A stretch of 64,000 nucleotides of DNA, from positions 5,890,001 through 5,954,000 of the forward strand of contig CM075988.1 in the NCBI GenBank assembly GCA_038087875.1, read 5' to 3'. This document shows positions 52,167 through 64,000 of this stretch, piece by piece. Numbering within the stretch: the stretch's first letter is position 1; each line of letters opens with the position of its first letter. Made by a program: the position numbers and the translations under genes. The stretch comes from Malacoraja senta. Taxonomy: Eukaryota. The notes beneath the pieces are model-generated. The model did not search any database and had not been told where the DNA came from. It was given only the letters and a program-made list of their open reading frames with translations.

Positions 52167-54389
52167 CCAATTCAACATTTAATTTGATGTCAAATAGCAT
52201 TCTTCACGACAGGAATGTCTAGATTGTGTGCTCAATATGGACAGTGACAGCAGGGCAGTGTATATCCTCTATCATCGTGGGTTTTAGATCAGCCTACCTT
52301 ATATCAGGTCCTCCCTCAGACTCCAACTGTACTCCAGAGAAACCCTGCCAAGTGCCTACAGAATCCAAGCCTGGCACCTGTAGAACCACAAACTCCGCTT
52401 CTGTCCCCACAGGTGCTGCTTGTGCTGCTGAGTATCTCCAGTATTTTCTGCCTGAAATGGAGACCCCTAACTAGGGCCCGATCTTGATGGTGCAAATGTC
52501 TCCTCCGATTCAGACGAGAGCAAAGTCTGAAAGTTTGGTGAAGGGGAATTTGAAACTTAAGTTTCATTTGTGGAAAAACAGCATCACAGTATTTGCTTGA
52601 TTTCAATTGAATGATTGAAAGATACAGCACGGAAACAGGCCCTTCAGCCCACCCAGTCCATGCCGGCCATCGATCACCGTTCACACTGGTTCTATGTCAT
52701 CCCACCTTCGCATCCACTTGCTACACTATAGAAGCAATTTACAGGGACCAATTAACCTACAAACCCGCACGTCTTTGGGATGTGGGAGGAAACCGGGGGC
52801 ACCCAGAGAAAACTCAGATGGTCACAAGGAGAACGTGCAAACTCCAGAAGATAAGCACACAATGCTGGAGTAGCTCAGCGGGACAGGCATCATCTCCGGA
52901 GAGAAGGAATGGGTGACGTTTCGGGTCGAGACTCTTCTTCAGGTCTTTGGGTCTTGGGTTTAAACCAGCATCTGCAGTTCCTTCCTACATATGTAAACTC
53001 CTCACAGACATAGCACCCGAGGTAGGATTGAACCCAGGTCTGTGGCGCTTTGTGGAAACAGCTCTACGAACTGCACCGACTATCCAAATTGTGGTACTGC
53101 TCTAAATTCAGATCAAGAATTTTTTCATTGTGTTTTGTTGTGAAGTTATTGCATCAAAAATGGGTGATAACCGAGAAGTTATCATTCAAATTCAATGATA
53201 TTTGTATTAATGTAATTCCACTTTCTCCTTGAGCAAGCAGTGTAATGCCGCCCTCTTCTGGCTGAAGATGTAAACTACTGCTTTGCAGTTTTGACTGCAG
53301 AAATCTTAAGGGCCTGTCCCACTGACGCGACCTTTACAGGCGACTGCTGGCACCCGTGATAGGTCGCCGAAATTTTTAACATGTTGAAAATTCAGCGGCG
53401 ATCAGAAAGACGCTACGACTCTTTGGAGACCTCTCACGACTATAGGAGACCTCTCATGACCATACAGGCTGTTACAGTCGTTTGGGCAATGGAAATTCAC
53501 CCTGGCAGAATTCACAAATCACAAGCCAAAACAAAAAGACTTGCCCCCAGTCATTCCTCCTTCTCCTTGCTCCCGTCAGGACAAAGGTACAGAAGCTTGC
53601 CCATATCTCTCTAAACCTATTCTATCCATGTATCTGTCCAAATGTCTCTTAAATGCTATGCTAATATCTGCAAAGTATGAAGAAGAATCTGCAATATCCC
53701 CAAACTACACAATTCTAATCCTACCCCGATGACAGAACACTACCGACCACCTCTTACCCAACTATGGATTTCGAGTGATAGATTGATACAGTATGGAAAC
53801 AGGCCCTTTGGCCCAACTTGCCCACACCGGCCAACATGTCCCAGCTACACTAGTCCCACCTGCCCGCATTTGGCCCATATCCCTCCAAACCTCCAAACCT
53901 GTCCTTTGAGCTGGGAACCAAACCTATCTTTCCACATGACGTGGACTTTGCCTTGTTGGTCTGGGTAGAGATTATGTGAGAGGCAACAGAAGGAAAGAGG
54001 GTAGCAGTAGTGATGGGGTGCGAAAGAGAGAGAGAGAGAGAGAGTGGGGCTGCAAGGGAAGGGGATAATGGGCAGAAAACTGAAGAATGAAAGAGAGAGA
54101 GAGGGGTACAATGCCAAAAAAAGGAGAAAGGAATGCTGGTTAACAAAAAAAAGACACAAAGTGCTGGAGCAACTTAGCAGGTCAGGCAGCATCTCTGGAG
54201 AACATGGATAGGTCACACTTTGGGCCGACGATAGTGAGGATCAGAGCATGAGAGAAAATGAGCGAGAGAGGAAAAACCAATCAGTCGTCAAAAGGTATGA
54301 GTGGATGGATGCAGAGAGAGGAAGAAAGAAATGGAGAGAGATTAAAAAAGAAAGAACGGTCTCCAAATCCATTCGTAGGTCACACTTAC

Positions 54390-54507
54390 CCCGCACAGAG
54401 AATAGTAATCGTGGCAGCAGTTCTGGTACTGGTCACACTTGCTGTTGCAATGGCAGAGATTGTTACGGTCTAATTGCTCATTGCATCTTCCCTTGCAGAT
54501 GTTCTTG
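54390..54507 (-). CDS. ENDOU-like exon 4, somatomedin-B domain 2: KNICKGRCNEQLDRNNLCHCNSKCDQYQNCCHDYYSLCG
   Basis: ttgcag/gtaagt; complete 8-Cys SMB pattern; ends phase 0 although the next exon needs phase 1. Confidence 0.9.
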
Positions 54508-55659
54508 CTGCAATGACCACGGACAGAAAAGACAGCGTTCTGTTAGCCCGAAACTTGACCAACTTGGGTCACCCCTATCTATCCTGATAGTCACAACTTC
54601 ACATAACTCTGGTTTATTTGTGAAACATTGCTTCCCTTTCATACGTCAACCTTGACTCTGCCCAATCCACTCCCCTGGTAATGGATCCCAGTGTGTTCCC
54701 TGTGACTGATGCTTTAGGTTTTAAAGACACAGCATGGAAACGGGCCCTTCAGCCCACTGTACCCACGCTGACCATCGATCATCCATTCACACTAGTTCCA
54801 TGTTAGCCCACTTTTGTATCCATTCCCTATACATTAGGGGAAATTTACAGAGGTCAATTATTTACAAACCCACACGCTTTGGGATGTGGGAGGAAATCAG
54901 AGCACCCGTAAGAAACCCATGTTGTCACAGTGAGAACGTGCAAACTCCACACAGACAGCACTCGAGGTCGGGATCGAACCTGGGTCTCTGGCGATGCGAG
55001 CAGCAACAGCATCACTGTACACCTCATAGATGTCAGGCTAACTCATCTATAATCCCCATTTTCTTTCCATTTTTGCTCTTCAATAGTAACATTATGAATG
55101 AATGAATAAGTTTATTAGCCAAGTATGTTCACATACAAGGAATTTGCCGTGGTGCTCCGCCCACAAGTGACAACATGACATACAGTGACAATTAAGAATG
55201 ACGCAAAACATTAAACATTATACACACTATCTTTGACTTTGTGGGAACTATTCTAGGTTCTATTCAATTTAAATAAGTAACAACCGTTGCATCCATTGCC
55301 TCATACAGCATATAGGCCATTCGGTCTTTCTCCTCTATGCCGACCACTGTGTCTTCCTGATCTCGGCCACTTGGCTGCATTTGGCCCATATCCCTCTCCA
55401 TTCTTCCTATACATGTACCTGTCTTTTTATTTATGTATTTATTTATTTATTCTTTATTTCAAACAGAATAAAAAGCAAGTGTGAAACAGCATACAAAAAA
55501 CACACAAAAAACAAGAATATTTATTAAGTGTCATAAACAATATTTATAAATAAATGAAATCGTATGTGGTCTGAAAAGGAGCAGGAAGAAGCCGAAGCTT
55601 ATTAATTCCACCCCTTATTCAACTGCTTATAATTATCTTATACAAATTTAGCAGCTATA

Positions 55660-56842
55660 AGGAAGCTGGCAAACAGGAAGCAAAGAGTAGGAGTAAACGG
55701 GTCCTTTTCACAATGGCAGGCAGTGACTAGTGGGGTACCGCAAGCAGCTCAGTGCTGGGATCCAGCTATTTACAATCTATATTAATGATCTGGATGAGGG
55801 AATTGAAAGCAACATCTCCAAGTTTGCGGATGACACTAGCTGGGGGGCAGTGTTAGCTGTGAGGAGGATGCTAGGAGACTGCAAGGTGACTTGGATAGGC
55901 TGGGTGAGTGGGCAAATGTTTGGCAGATGCAGTATAATGTGGATAAATTTGAGGTTATCCACTATTATCTAAATGGTGGCCGATTAGGAAATGGGAGATG
56001 CAGCGAGACCTGGGTGTCATGGTACACCAGTCATTGAAAGTAGGCAGGTACACAAAAATGCTGGAGAAACTCAGCGGGTGCAACAGCATCTATGGAGCAA
56101 AGGAAATAGGTAACGTTTCGGCCAAAACCCTTCTTCAGACTTCCATTGAAAGTAGGCATGCAGGTGCAGCAGGCAGTGAAGAAAGCGAATGGTATGTTGG
56201 CTTTCATAGCAAGAGGATTTGAGTATAGGAGCAGGGAGGTTCTACTGCAGTTGTACAGGGTCTTGGTGAGACCACACCTGGAGTATTGCGTACAGTTTTG
56301 GTCTCCAAATCTGAGGAAGGACATTATAGCCATAGAGGGAATGGCAGAGAAGGTTCACCAGACTGATTCCTGGGATGTCAGGACTTTCATATGAAGAAAG
56401 GACTGGATAGACTTGGCTTATACTCGCTAGAATTTAGGAGATTGAGAGGGGATCTTATAGAAACGTACAAAATCTTATGGGGTTGGACAGGCTAGATGCA
56501 GGAAGATTGTTCCCAATGTTGGGGAAGTCCAGGACAAGGGGTCACAGCTTAAGGATAAGGGGGAAATCCTTTAAGACCAAGATGAGGAAAAACTTTTTCA
56601 CACAGAGAGTGGTGAATCTCTGGAACTCTCTGCCACAGAGGGTAGTTGAGGCCAGTTCGTTGGCTATATTTAAGAGGGAGTTAGATGTGGCCCTTGTGGC
56701 TAAGGGGATCAGGGGGTATGGAGAGAAGGCAGGTACGGGATACTGAGTTGGATGATCAGCCATGATCATATTGAATGGCGGTGCAGGCTCGAAGGGCCGA
56801 ATGGCCTACTCCTGCACCTATTTTCTGTGTATCTATGTATCT
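55660..56842 (+). mobile_element. CR1-type LINE RT and 3' end
   Basis: LFTIYINDLDEG, ISKFADDT, LVRPHLEYCVQFWSP, FFTQRVVNLWNSLP. Confidence 0.88.
56047..56143 (-). mobile_element. Solo ~97-nt pLTR/hammerhead unit with 15-bp TSD inside a CR1
   Basis: CATTGAAAGTAGGCA at 56032-56046 and 56144-56158. Confidence 0.8.
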
Positions 56843-58000
56843 ATAAAAAACTATTTCCATATGTACACCAAATTATTTACATTTATATACTAATCAAATA
56901 TTTACAAAGCCATACAAAAAAAGAGAGACAAAAAGAAAAAAGAAAAGAAAAAAGAAAAAACCCTCATATACTATACAGTATCTGTTATTGATATATACAA
57001 CCCATCACCCTATAATCACCCTTCCCAATACAATCAGTATAACAAATATCCCACTCAAAATCACCTATCCTCATCCCAATATCCTTTTAAACAACATAAT
57101 CATGCCCACCTCTTCTGGCAGCTCCTTCTGTATACCTAACACTCTCTGCGTGAAAAACTTGCCCCTCAGCTACCCTTTAAATCTTTCCCCTCCCACCTTA
57201 TACCTCTGCACTAGTTTTAGACTTCCCTACCCTAGAGAAAATGCTGTGACAATTCATAGGCGGCATGCTGGAGGCGCAGCGGTAGAGTTGCTGCCTTAAA
57301 GCGGCAGACACCCGGGTTCGATCCTGACTGCGGGTGCTGTATGTACGGAGAGTGCACGTTCTCCCTGTGACTGCGTGGGTTTTCTCCGGGTGCTCTGGTT
57401 TCCTCCCACACTCCAAAGATGTAGGGGTTTGTCGGTTAATTTGCGTTGGTAAAAATGTTAAATTGTCGCTAGTGTGTTGGATAGTGCTAGTGTATGGGTG
57501 ATGGCCAGTCGTCATGTACTCGGTGGCCGAAGGGCCTGTTTCTGTGATGTATCTCTAAAGTCTAAAGTCATCTTATCTCTGTCCATGCACATCCAACGCT
57601 TTCTAAGTGGAGTTTTCTTGGACTGGGTAGGATTGTAGGACAGCGAGCACAAGGGAGTGGGTGATACGAGACATGCGGCATGGTTAAAAAGGCCCTTTGG
57701 CCCTCGGAGTCCATGCTATCAAATATCGATGCACATTAAACCTACACCGCCTCTTTTTTATTCTTGCAACATTCCATCGACTCCTCTGAAATTCTAGCAC
57801 TCACTTGCACACTTGTGGCAATTGGCCCACCAAGCTGCACGTCTTTGGGATGGAGAGGAAATCGGAGGAATCCCAGACTGTCATAGGGAGAACATGCAAA
57901 CTCCACACTGGCAGCAAGGGAGGTTGGGAATGAACTAGGACCGCCGGAGCCAAGGGGCAGCATCTCCGATAGAATCTGGTGCAAGTTAGGATCTGGTTAC

Positions 58001-58088
58001 GGGATGTTTGGATGTGTTCTGGAGGATGGGTAACTGTAGGCAGCCCAGGAGTGTAATGGAAGTGGAGGCAGCTCATGTTCAAGAGATG
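58001..58088 (-). CDS. ENDOU-like putative linker exon 3: SSLEHELPPLPLHSWAAYSYPSSRTHPNIP
   Basis: cctacag/gtaacc; open phase 1 to phase 2, exactly bridging SMB1 (ends phase 1) and SMB2 (starts phase 2); no sequence homology recognised. Confidence 0.55.
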
Positions 58089-59197
58089 CTGTAGGATCGA
58101 GAGGTGAGCCTGAGGTCAGGTCCAGGGAGCGGGCTACAGTTATAAACACTTCACTTCTGCACCAGCCTTGACAAAGCTGCACACACACCCAAAATACATT
58201 GATGGTGCCAAAGTAGAGCCGGTCGAAAACATCAAGTTTCTTAGGAACAATGTCACCAGCAACTTGTCCTGGACCGGCCACATTGAAGCAATGGCCGCGA
58301 CTCTCTGGGTGACGCCTGTATGGTCGTGAGTAGTCGCCCAGAGAGTCGTACCTTTTCGCCGCTGGGTTTTCAACATTTTGACATTTTCCGGCGACCTGCT
58401 GCGACTATGACGGGTGCCGGGAAAGTTGCCGAATAAATCGCGTAAGTGGGACAGGCCCTTTAGGAAGTTCGGCATGTCCCAAACAACCTTCACCAACTTC
58501 TACAGATGCGCCGTAGAAAAACATTTACTCGGCATGCAAAACACCATGGTTTGGAGACAGCTCCATCCAAGACCGCGAGAAATTGCAGAGAAGTTGTGGA
58601 CGCAGCCCAGACCATCACGCAAACCAACCTCCCTTCCATTGACTCCAACTACACTTCACGCTGCCTTAGCAAGGCCACCAGCATAATCAAGGACCAGGCT
58701 CCTCCCGGTCACTCCCTCTTCTCCCTCTCCCATCAGGTCCGAGGTACAGAAGTTTAGTTCAGTTCATTGTCATGTATAGCGAGGTACAGTGAAACACTTT
58801 TGTTGCGTGCTAACCTGTCACTGGAAAGACTATACACGATTACACTCGACGCATCCATTGTGTACAGATACAGGATAAAGGGAATAAGTTTTAAAATGCA
58901 TACCTCCAGATTCAGGGACAGTTTCTTCCCTGCTGTTATCAGGCAACTGAACCACTCCCTCTCCAACTTGACTGCAGTCCCAAACCTCCCATCATTAGAG
59001 TCCTTTGAACTATCTTTAATCAGACTTTATCTTGCACTAAATGATATACACTTTATCCTGTATCGATACACTGTGGACGTATTGATTGTAATCATGCATA
59101 GTCTTTTGTTTAACTGGATAGCATGCAACAAAAACATCTTTTCACTGGACCTTGGTGCACGTGACAAGAATGTACTAAAGTAAGGTTTGTTACTTAC

Positions 59198-59317
59198 AAT
59201 TGCATGTATTGTAGTCCTGGCAGCAGGTCTCCATATCTCCCACAGGCACTGTTGCACTGGCAGTTGTAATTGTGGCTCAAGTTGTCCCACAGCGGCCCAC
59301 ACATGAGTCGTTATTTC
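59198..59317 (-). CDS. ENDOU-like exon 2, somatomedin-B domain 1 (NNDSCVGRCG[D]NLSHNYNCQCNSACGRYGDCCQDYNTCN after correcting two indels)
   Basis: tttgcag/gtaagt; SMB cysteine pattern C-x3-C...C-x-C-x3-C-x5-CC-x-DY recovered only with a -1 and a +1 correction; 120 nt, phase 1-1. Confidence 0.85.
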
Positions 59318-59459
59318 CTGCAAACAAGAGAAGAGATTAATGGAAGGACTAATGGTCCCTTCCATCATTGCACCACATCTCCTCAGGAACGAGCTGGAAG
59401 GTATAACCCCCATTCATCAAGGGCAAGCCCAGGCTCATGAGCTTGAAGTTCAATCATAT

Positions 59460-59920
<461 letters not shown>

Positions 59921-60164
59921 GTGGGTGCCGGATGGGTGCGGAACAAACTCAAGGGTTCCTGTGTAAGGGATGGGCTGTGGTTCATGTCTGCTACACAAAT
60001 TGAAGTGTCATTGGCTGTGGACCACAGTCCTCTCGATGTATTTCATATGCTTTGCATGGAACATACTATCATCCTTTTCTGCATGAGCTAGTCAGGCAGG
60101 GACAGGTCGGACAGACAAGGAGTCTGGAATTGCTCTCCCAGCATGCACTGCAGGCAGGCACAAA

Positions 60165-60745
60165 AAGCTGGAGTAACTCAGCATTTGTGTCTGGCAGCAA
60201 CTCTGGAGAGAAGGAATGGGGTGACGTTTCGGGTCGAGACCTTCTTCAGACTAGTTAGGGATAAGAGAAACGAGAGATATAGATGCTGATGTAGAGAGAT
60301 AAAGGATGATGAATGAAAGATATGCAAAAAAGTAACGATGATAAAGGAAACAGGCCATTGTTAACTGTTTGTTGGGTGAGAAGGAGAAGCTGGTGTAACT
60401 TGGGTGGGCGGAGGGATAGAGAGAGAGGGAATGGAGGGGCTACCTGAAGTTACAGAAATCAATATTCATACCACTGGGCTGTAAGCTGCCCAAGCAAAAT
60501 ATGAGTTGCTGTTTCTCCAATTTGCATTTAACCTCACTGACAATGGAGGAGACCCAGGACAGAAAGGTCTGTGTGGGAATGGGAAGGAGAATTAAAGTGT
60601 TTGGCAACTGGGAGATAAGGTTGGTTCAGGCAGACTGAGCGAAGGTATTCCGCGAAACGATCGGCCAGTCTACGAGTCCACATCTTGTACAACAGATACA
60701 GTAGATGAGGTTGGAGGAGGTACAAGTGAACCTCCTACACATGTA
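60165..60745 (-). mobile_element. Penelope-like GIY-YIG fragment plus pLTR
   Basis: RRFTCTSSNLIYCICCTRC, RLADRFAEYLRSV, VAKHFNSPSHSHTDLSVLGLLHCQ. Confidence 0.8.
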
Positions 60746-61009
60746 CTGCAGACAGGACTGCCAGCTCTGCATGAGAAGCGTCCCAGAGCCTCGGTGTGGC
60801 CTGCTGAGGCATGTGCCACGTTGCAGTGTCTCTGATAGGAATGGTGCCCTGGAACCTGTGATCCATTGAGTGAAGAGGTAGAAACTAGGAAATGCAGGCG
60901 CTGTTTTTGTAAACAAAAAGCCACAAAGTACTGGAGTAACTCAGCAGGTCAATCTGCATCTTTGGAGAACATTGATTGGTGACGTTTCGGGTCGGGACCC
61001 TTGGAGTCT

Positions 61010-61360
61010 TAGAGTCACAGAGTGATACAGTGTGGAAACAAGCCCTTCGGTCCAACTTGCCCCACACCGGCCAACAATGTCCCAGCTACCCTAGTCCCAC
61101 TTGCCTGCGCTTGGTCCATAACTCTCCAAACCTGTCCTATCCATGTACCTGTCCAACTGTTTCTTAAACAATGGGATAGTCCCAGCCTCACTACCTCCTC
61201 TGGCAGCTTGTTCCCTACACCCACCACCCTCTGTGTGAAAAAGTTACCCCTCGGATTCCTATTAAATCTTTTCCCCTTCACCTTGAACCTATGTTCTCTG
61301 GTCCTCGATCCCCCTACTCTGGGTTAAAGACTCTGTGCATCGACCTGATTTATTCCTCTC
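61010..61360 (-). mobile_element. CR1-type LINE 3' end (near-identical to 1653-1980)
   Basis: Direct nucleotide similarity to 1655-1980. Confidence 0.85.
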
Positions 61361-61424
61361 AATTCCTTCTTCGGTATGATTATGGGGGGTGACAAGTTGG
61401 AAGAGAGGAGCTGCAGGCCAATCC

Positions 61425-62220
61425 ATCCAGGGACCCCAACAGTCCTTTCAGTTGAGGCAGAGGTTCACTTGCATCTCCTCCCACTTCATCTACTTCATCC
61501 GTCGTTCTCGGGAGGGCTCCGATGTATCAGCGAGACCAGCGATCGTTTCGCGGAACACTTACGCTCAGCCTGAACACTTGGCCTACATGAGCTCCTGGTT
61601 GCCAAACGTTTAACTCCCATCCCAACCCCACATTGACCTTTCTGTCCTGGGCCTCCTCCACTGTCAGAGTGAGGCCACACCCATATTGGAGGAACAACAC
61701 CTCATATTTCACTTGGGCAGCTTACAACCCAGCGGTATGAACGTTGATTTCTCTCATTTCAAGTAACCCTTGCATCCTTTCTCTCCCCCCCCTCCCCCAC
61801 CCTAGTCATCCTACTAGTTCCACTGTAGATAAAAATGATGGAGAAACTCAGCGGGTGAGGCAGCATCTATGGAGCAAAGGAAATAGGCAACGTTTCGGGT
61901 CGAGACCCTTCTTCAGACTTATTCAGACTACTAGTTCCACTATTCACATCCTTGTATCTCATTTGTTCTCACCCCTTCCCCAGCCAACAATGGACCATTG
62001 TGGGCTCCACCCTTCCTTGGTCATCTGTTACCAGCCCTGTTTTGTTCTGTCCTTTTACCTTCCTCCAGTTCTCTCCCCTCTACCTGCAGCCAGAAGAAGG
62101 CACCGGACATGAAACGTCACCCATCCTTTTCCTCCAGAGATGCGGGCTGATCTGCCGTTACTCCAGCACTTTTTGTCCATCTTGGGTATATACCGGCATC
62201 TGCAGCTCCTTTCTACACAT
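61425..62220 (+). mobile_element. Penelope-like GIY-YIG fragment plus pLTR (inverted relative to 60165-60745)
   Basis: SIQGPQQSFQLRQRFTCISSHFIY, DRFAEHLRS, DLSVLGLLHCQ; pLTR at ~62090-62220. Confidence 0.78.
61825..61927 (-). mobile_element. Solo ~103-nt pLTR/hammerhead unit with 14-bp TSD
   Basis: CTACTAGTTCCACT at 61811-61824 and 61928-61941. Confidence 0.8.
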
Positions 62221-63055
62221 CAATATTAGCGTAATCTCCTCTGTCTGTACATGATCTATAACCCTCCATTCCCTGCGTATCTATGTGCCTATCTGAAAGC
62301 CTCTTAAACGTTACTATTGTGTCTGAAACCCACCACCCACTGTGGTGGGTGGCAGACGGCCCGTACAAAACGGCCCGTACATCTCCTTTAAAGATGTCCC
62401 CTCTTACCTTAAAGATATGTCCTCTAGTCTTTAACAGTCCCAACCTGGGAAAAAGGTTCTGACTGTCTACCCGACCCTATTTATGCCTCTCATAATTTTA
62501 CATACTTCAACCAGGTCTCACCTCAACCTGTAATGCTCCAGAGAAAACGATGCAAGTTTGCCCAAGAGTTTAAGAAAGAACTGCAGATGCTGGAAAAATC
62601 GAAGGTAGACAAAAATGCAGGAGAAACTTAGGGTCGTCACCTATTCCTTCGCTCCATAGATGCTGCCTCACCCGCTGAGTTTCTCCAGCATTTTTGTCTA
62701 CCTTGAAGTTTGTCCAACCGCTCATTATAGCAAAGACCCTCTAATCCGGGCAGCATTCAGTTGAATCTCATTACACCCATCTTCAAAGCTTCCACTTCCT
62801 TTCTGCAATGGGGCACCCAGAACTGTGTACTGTACTCCAAATGCGCTCCAAGCAAAGTGCTATATTCCTGACTTATACTCAGTGGCCCGACCGATCAAGG
62901 TTAGGATACCATATGCCTTCCTCGCCACTCTATGTTCTTGCATTGCTATTTTCAGAGAGCTATGTATTTGGAACACAACATCCCTGAGAGGGAAACGTAA
63001 TAAAATTACAACCAATGCCAGAGATCACAAGTTGAGATGTAGAGTGCGGACTCAC

Positions 63056-63119
63056 GGATTTGGATGGTCTTTCCAGCAGCTGAACACAGGAGCAATGAGA
63101 TGATGACAAGGTGCATCAT
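63056..63119 (-). CDS. ENDOU-like exon 1, signal peptide: MMHLVIISLLLCSAAGKTIQI
   Basis: ATG, hydrophobic core, strong gtgagt donor, phase 1 matching the SMB1 exon; TATA-like element ~55 nt upstream. Confidence 0.8.
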
Positions 63120-63171
63120 TGTGATGAGCCACGGATCTCCCTGCAATGGTCTCCAGACCTTTGGCACCCTG

Positions 63172-63179
63172 TATAAATA
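63172..63179 (-). promoter_or_regulatory. Candidate TATA box (TATTTATA) of the ENDOU-like gene
   Basis: TATTTATA on - strand ~55 nt upstream of the putative ATG. Confidence 0.5.
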
Positions 63180-64000
63180 CACAGCCCTGGCCAATCCCCT
63201 GGACTTGAGGAACCATGCGGGCTGGTATATATATCCTGGAAATATCGTTGGCAGTGTCAATACTCGTGTTTCTGTAAACATATACGCGATAAAGTTGCTG
63301 AGCGACAGATCCTGGCTGAGCCAAATATCCATATTAATATTTAATGGGAAATGAGGAGGCAAGACTGGGAATGAGTCAAGGCACTACACCTGTACTGACA
63401 GTGGGAAACTACAGTCTGACAGGTAGTAGACACAATATGCTGGAGTAACTCAGCGGGACAGGCAGCATCTCTGGTGAAAAGGGAAAGGATGATATTTTGG
63501 GCCACAATGTCACCTATTCCTTATCTCCAGAGATGCTGCCTCCCCCCGCTGAGTTACTCCAGCATTTTGTGTCTGTCTTCGGTGTAAACCAGCATCTGCG
63601 TATAATCTGATAGGTACTGTGTGCTGAAGGAGTGTGCGGTTATGTCCACAAAAGTAATTCAGACAACGTTTTAGGGGTAGAGGGGGGGGGGGGGGGGAGG
63701 GGCGGTGGCTTCTCCTCACTTCAGCCCGGCTTCAGGCACCAGCCTGCCCACTGTCATGGCATGGGTAAATGGCAATGTAGGGAGGAACTGCAGATGCTGG
63801 ATTACAACGAAAATAGACACAACATTCTGGAGTAACTCAGTGGTCAGACAGGATCTCTGGAGAAAAGGAATTGGTGTCATTTTCTCACAAAGACGCCCGG
63901 GTTTGTAGGTCAGTTTGAAGAACGGTCTCGACCCGTAAACGCTGTCAATTCCTTTTCTCCAGAGATGCTGTCTGATCCGCTGAGTTACTCCAGCACTTTG

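Overview
Eukaryotic, repeat-rich genomic DNA. The repeat content (HE1/V-SINE-type tRNA SINEs, CR1, Rex1/Babar, Penelope pLTRs) points to a cartilaginous fish, probably a skate or ray (inference). Two convergent spliced genes are reconstructed by hand. (1) The last 12 coding exons of ILVBL/HACL2 (TPP-dependent acetolactate synthase-like / 2-hydroxyacyl-CoA lyase 2) lie on + (2820-29242), with a +1 frameshift in the penultimate exon. (2) An apparently complete ~412-aa ENDOU-family uridylate-specific endoribonuclease lies on - (63119->33982): signal peptide, two somatomedin-B domains and an EndoU domain with His/His/Lys. It has three homopolymer indels in the SMB exons. The introns are packed with mobile DNA. 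Most notable are >20 copies of a Penelope-derived motif matching a minimal hammerhead ribozyme core (CTGAAGA-stem II-GAAAC-GTH). Several occur as stand-alone ~95-nt insertions with 14-15-bp target-site duplications. Also present: PIF/Harbinger-like MITEs, a 316-bp bipartite RTE-like element with TSD, a triple-nested insertion, two inverted ~2.5-kb Rex1 copies and very long GA/GT microsatellites. Most short ORFs in the supplied track are spurious. Repeat boundaries are approximate and family names are from recalled similarity, not database searches.
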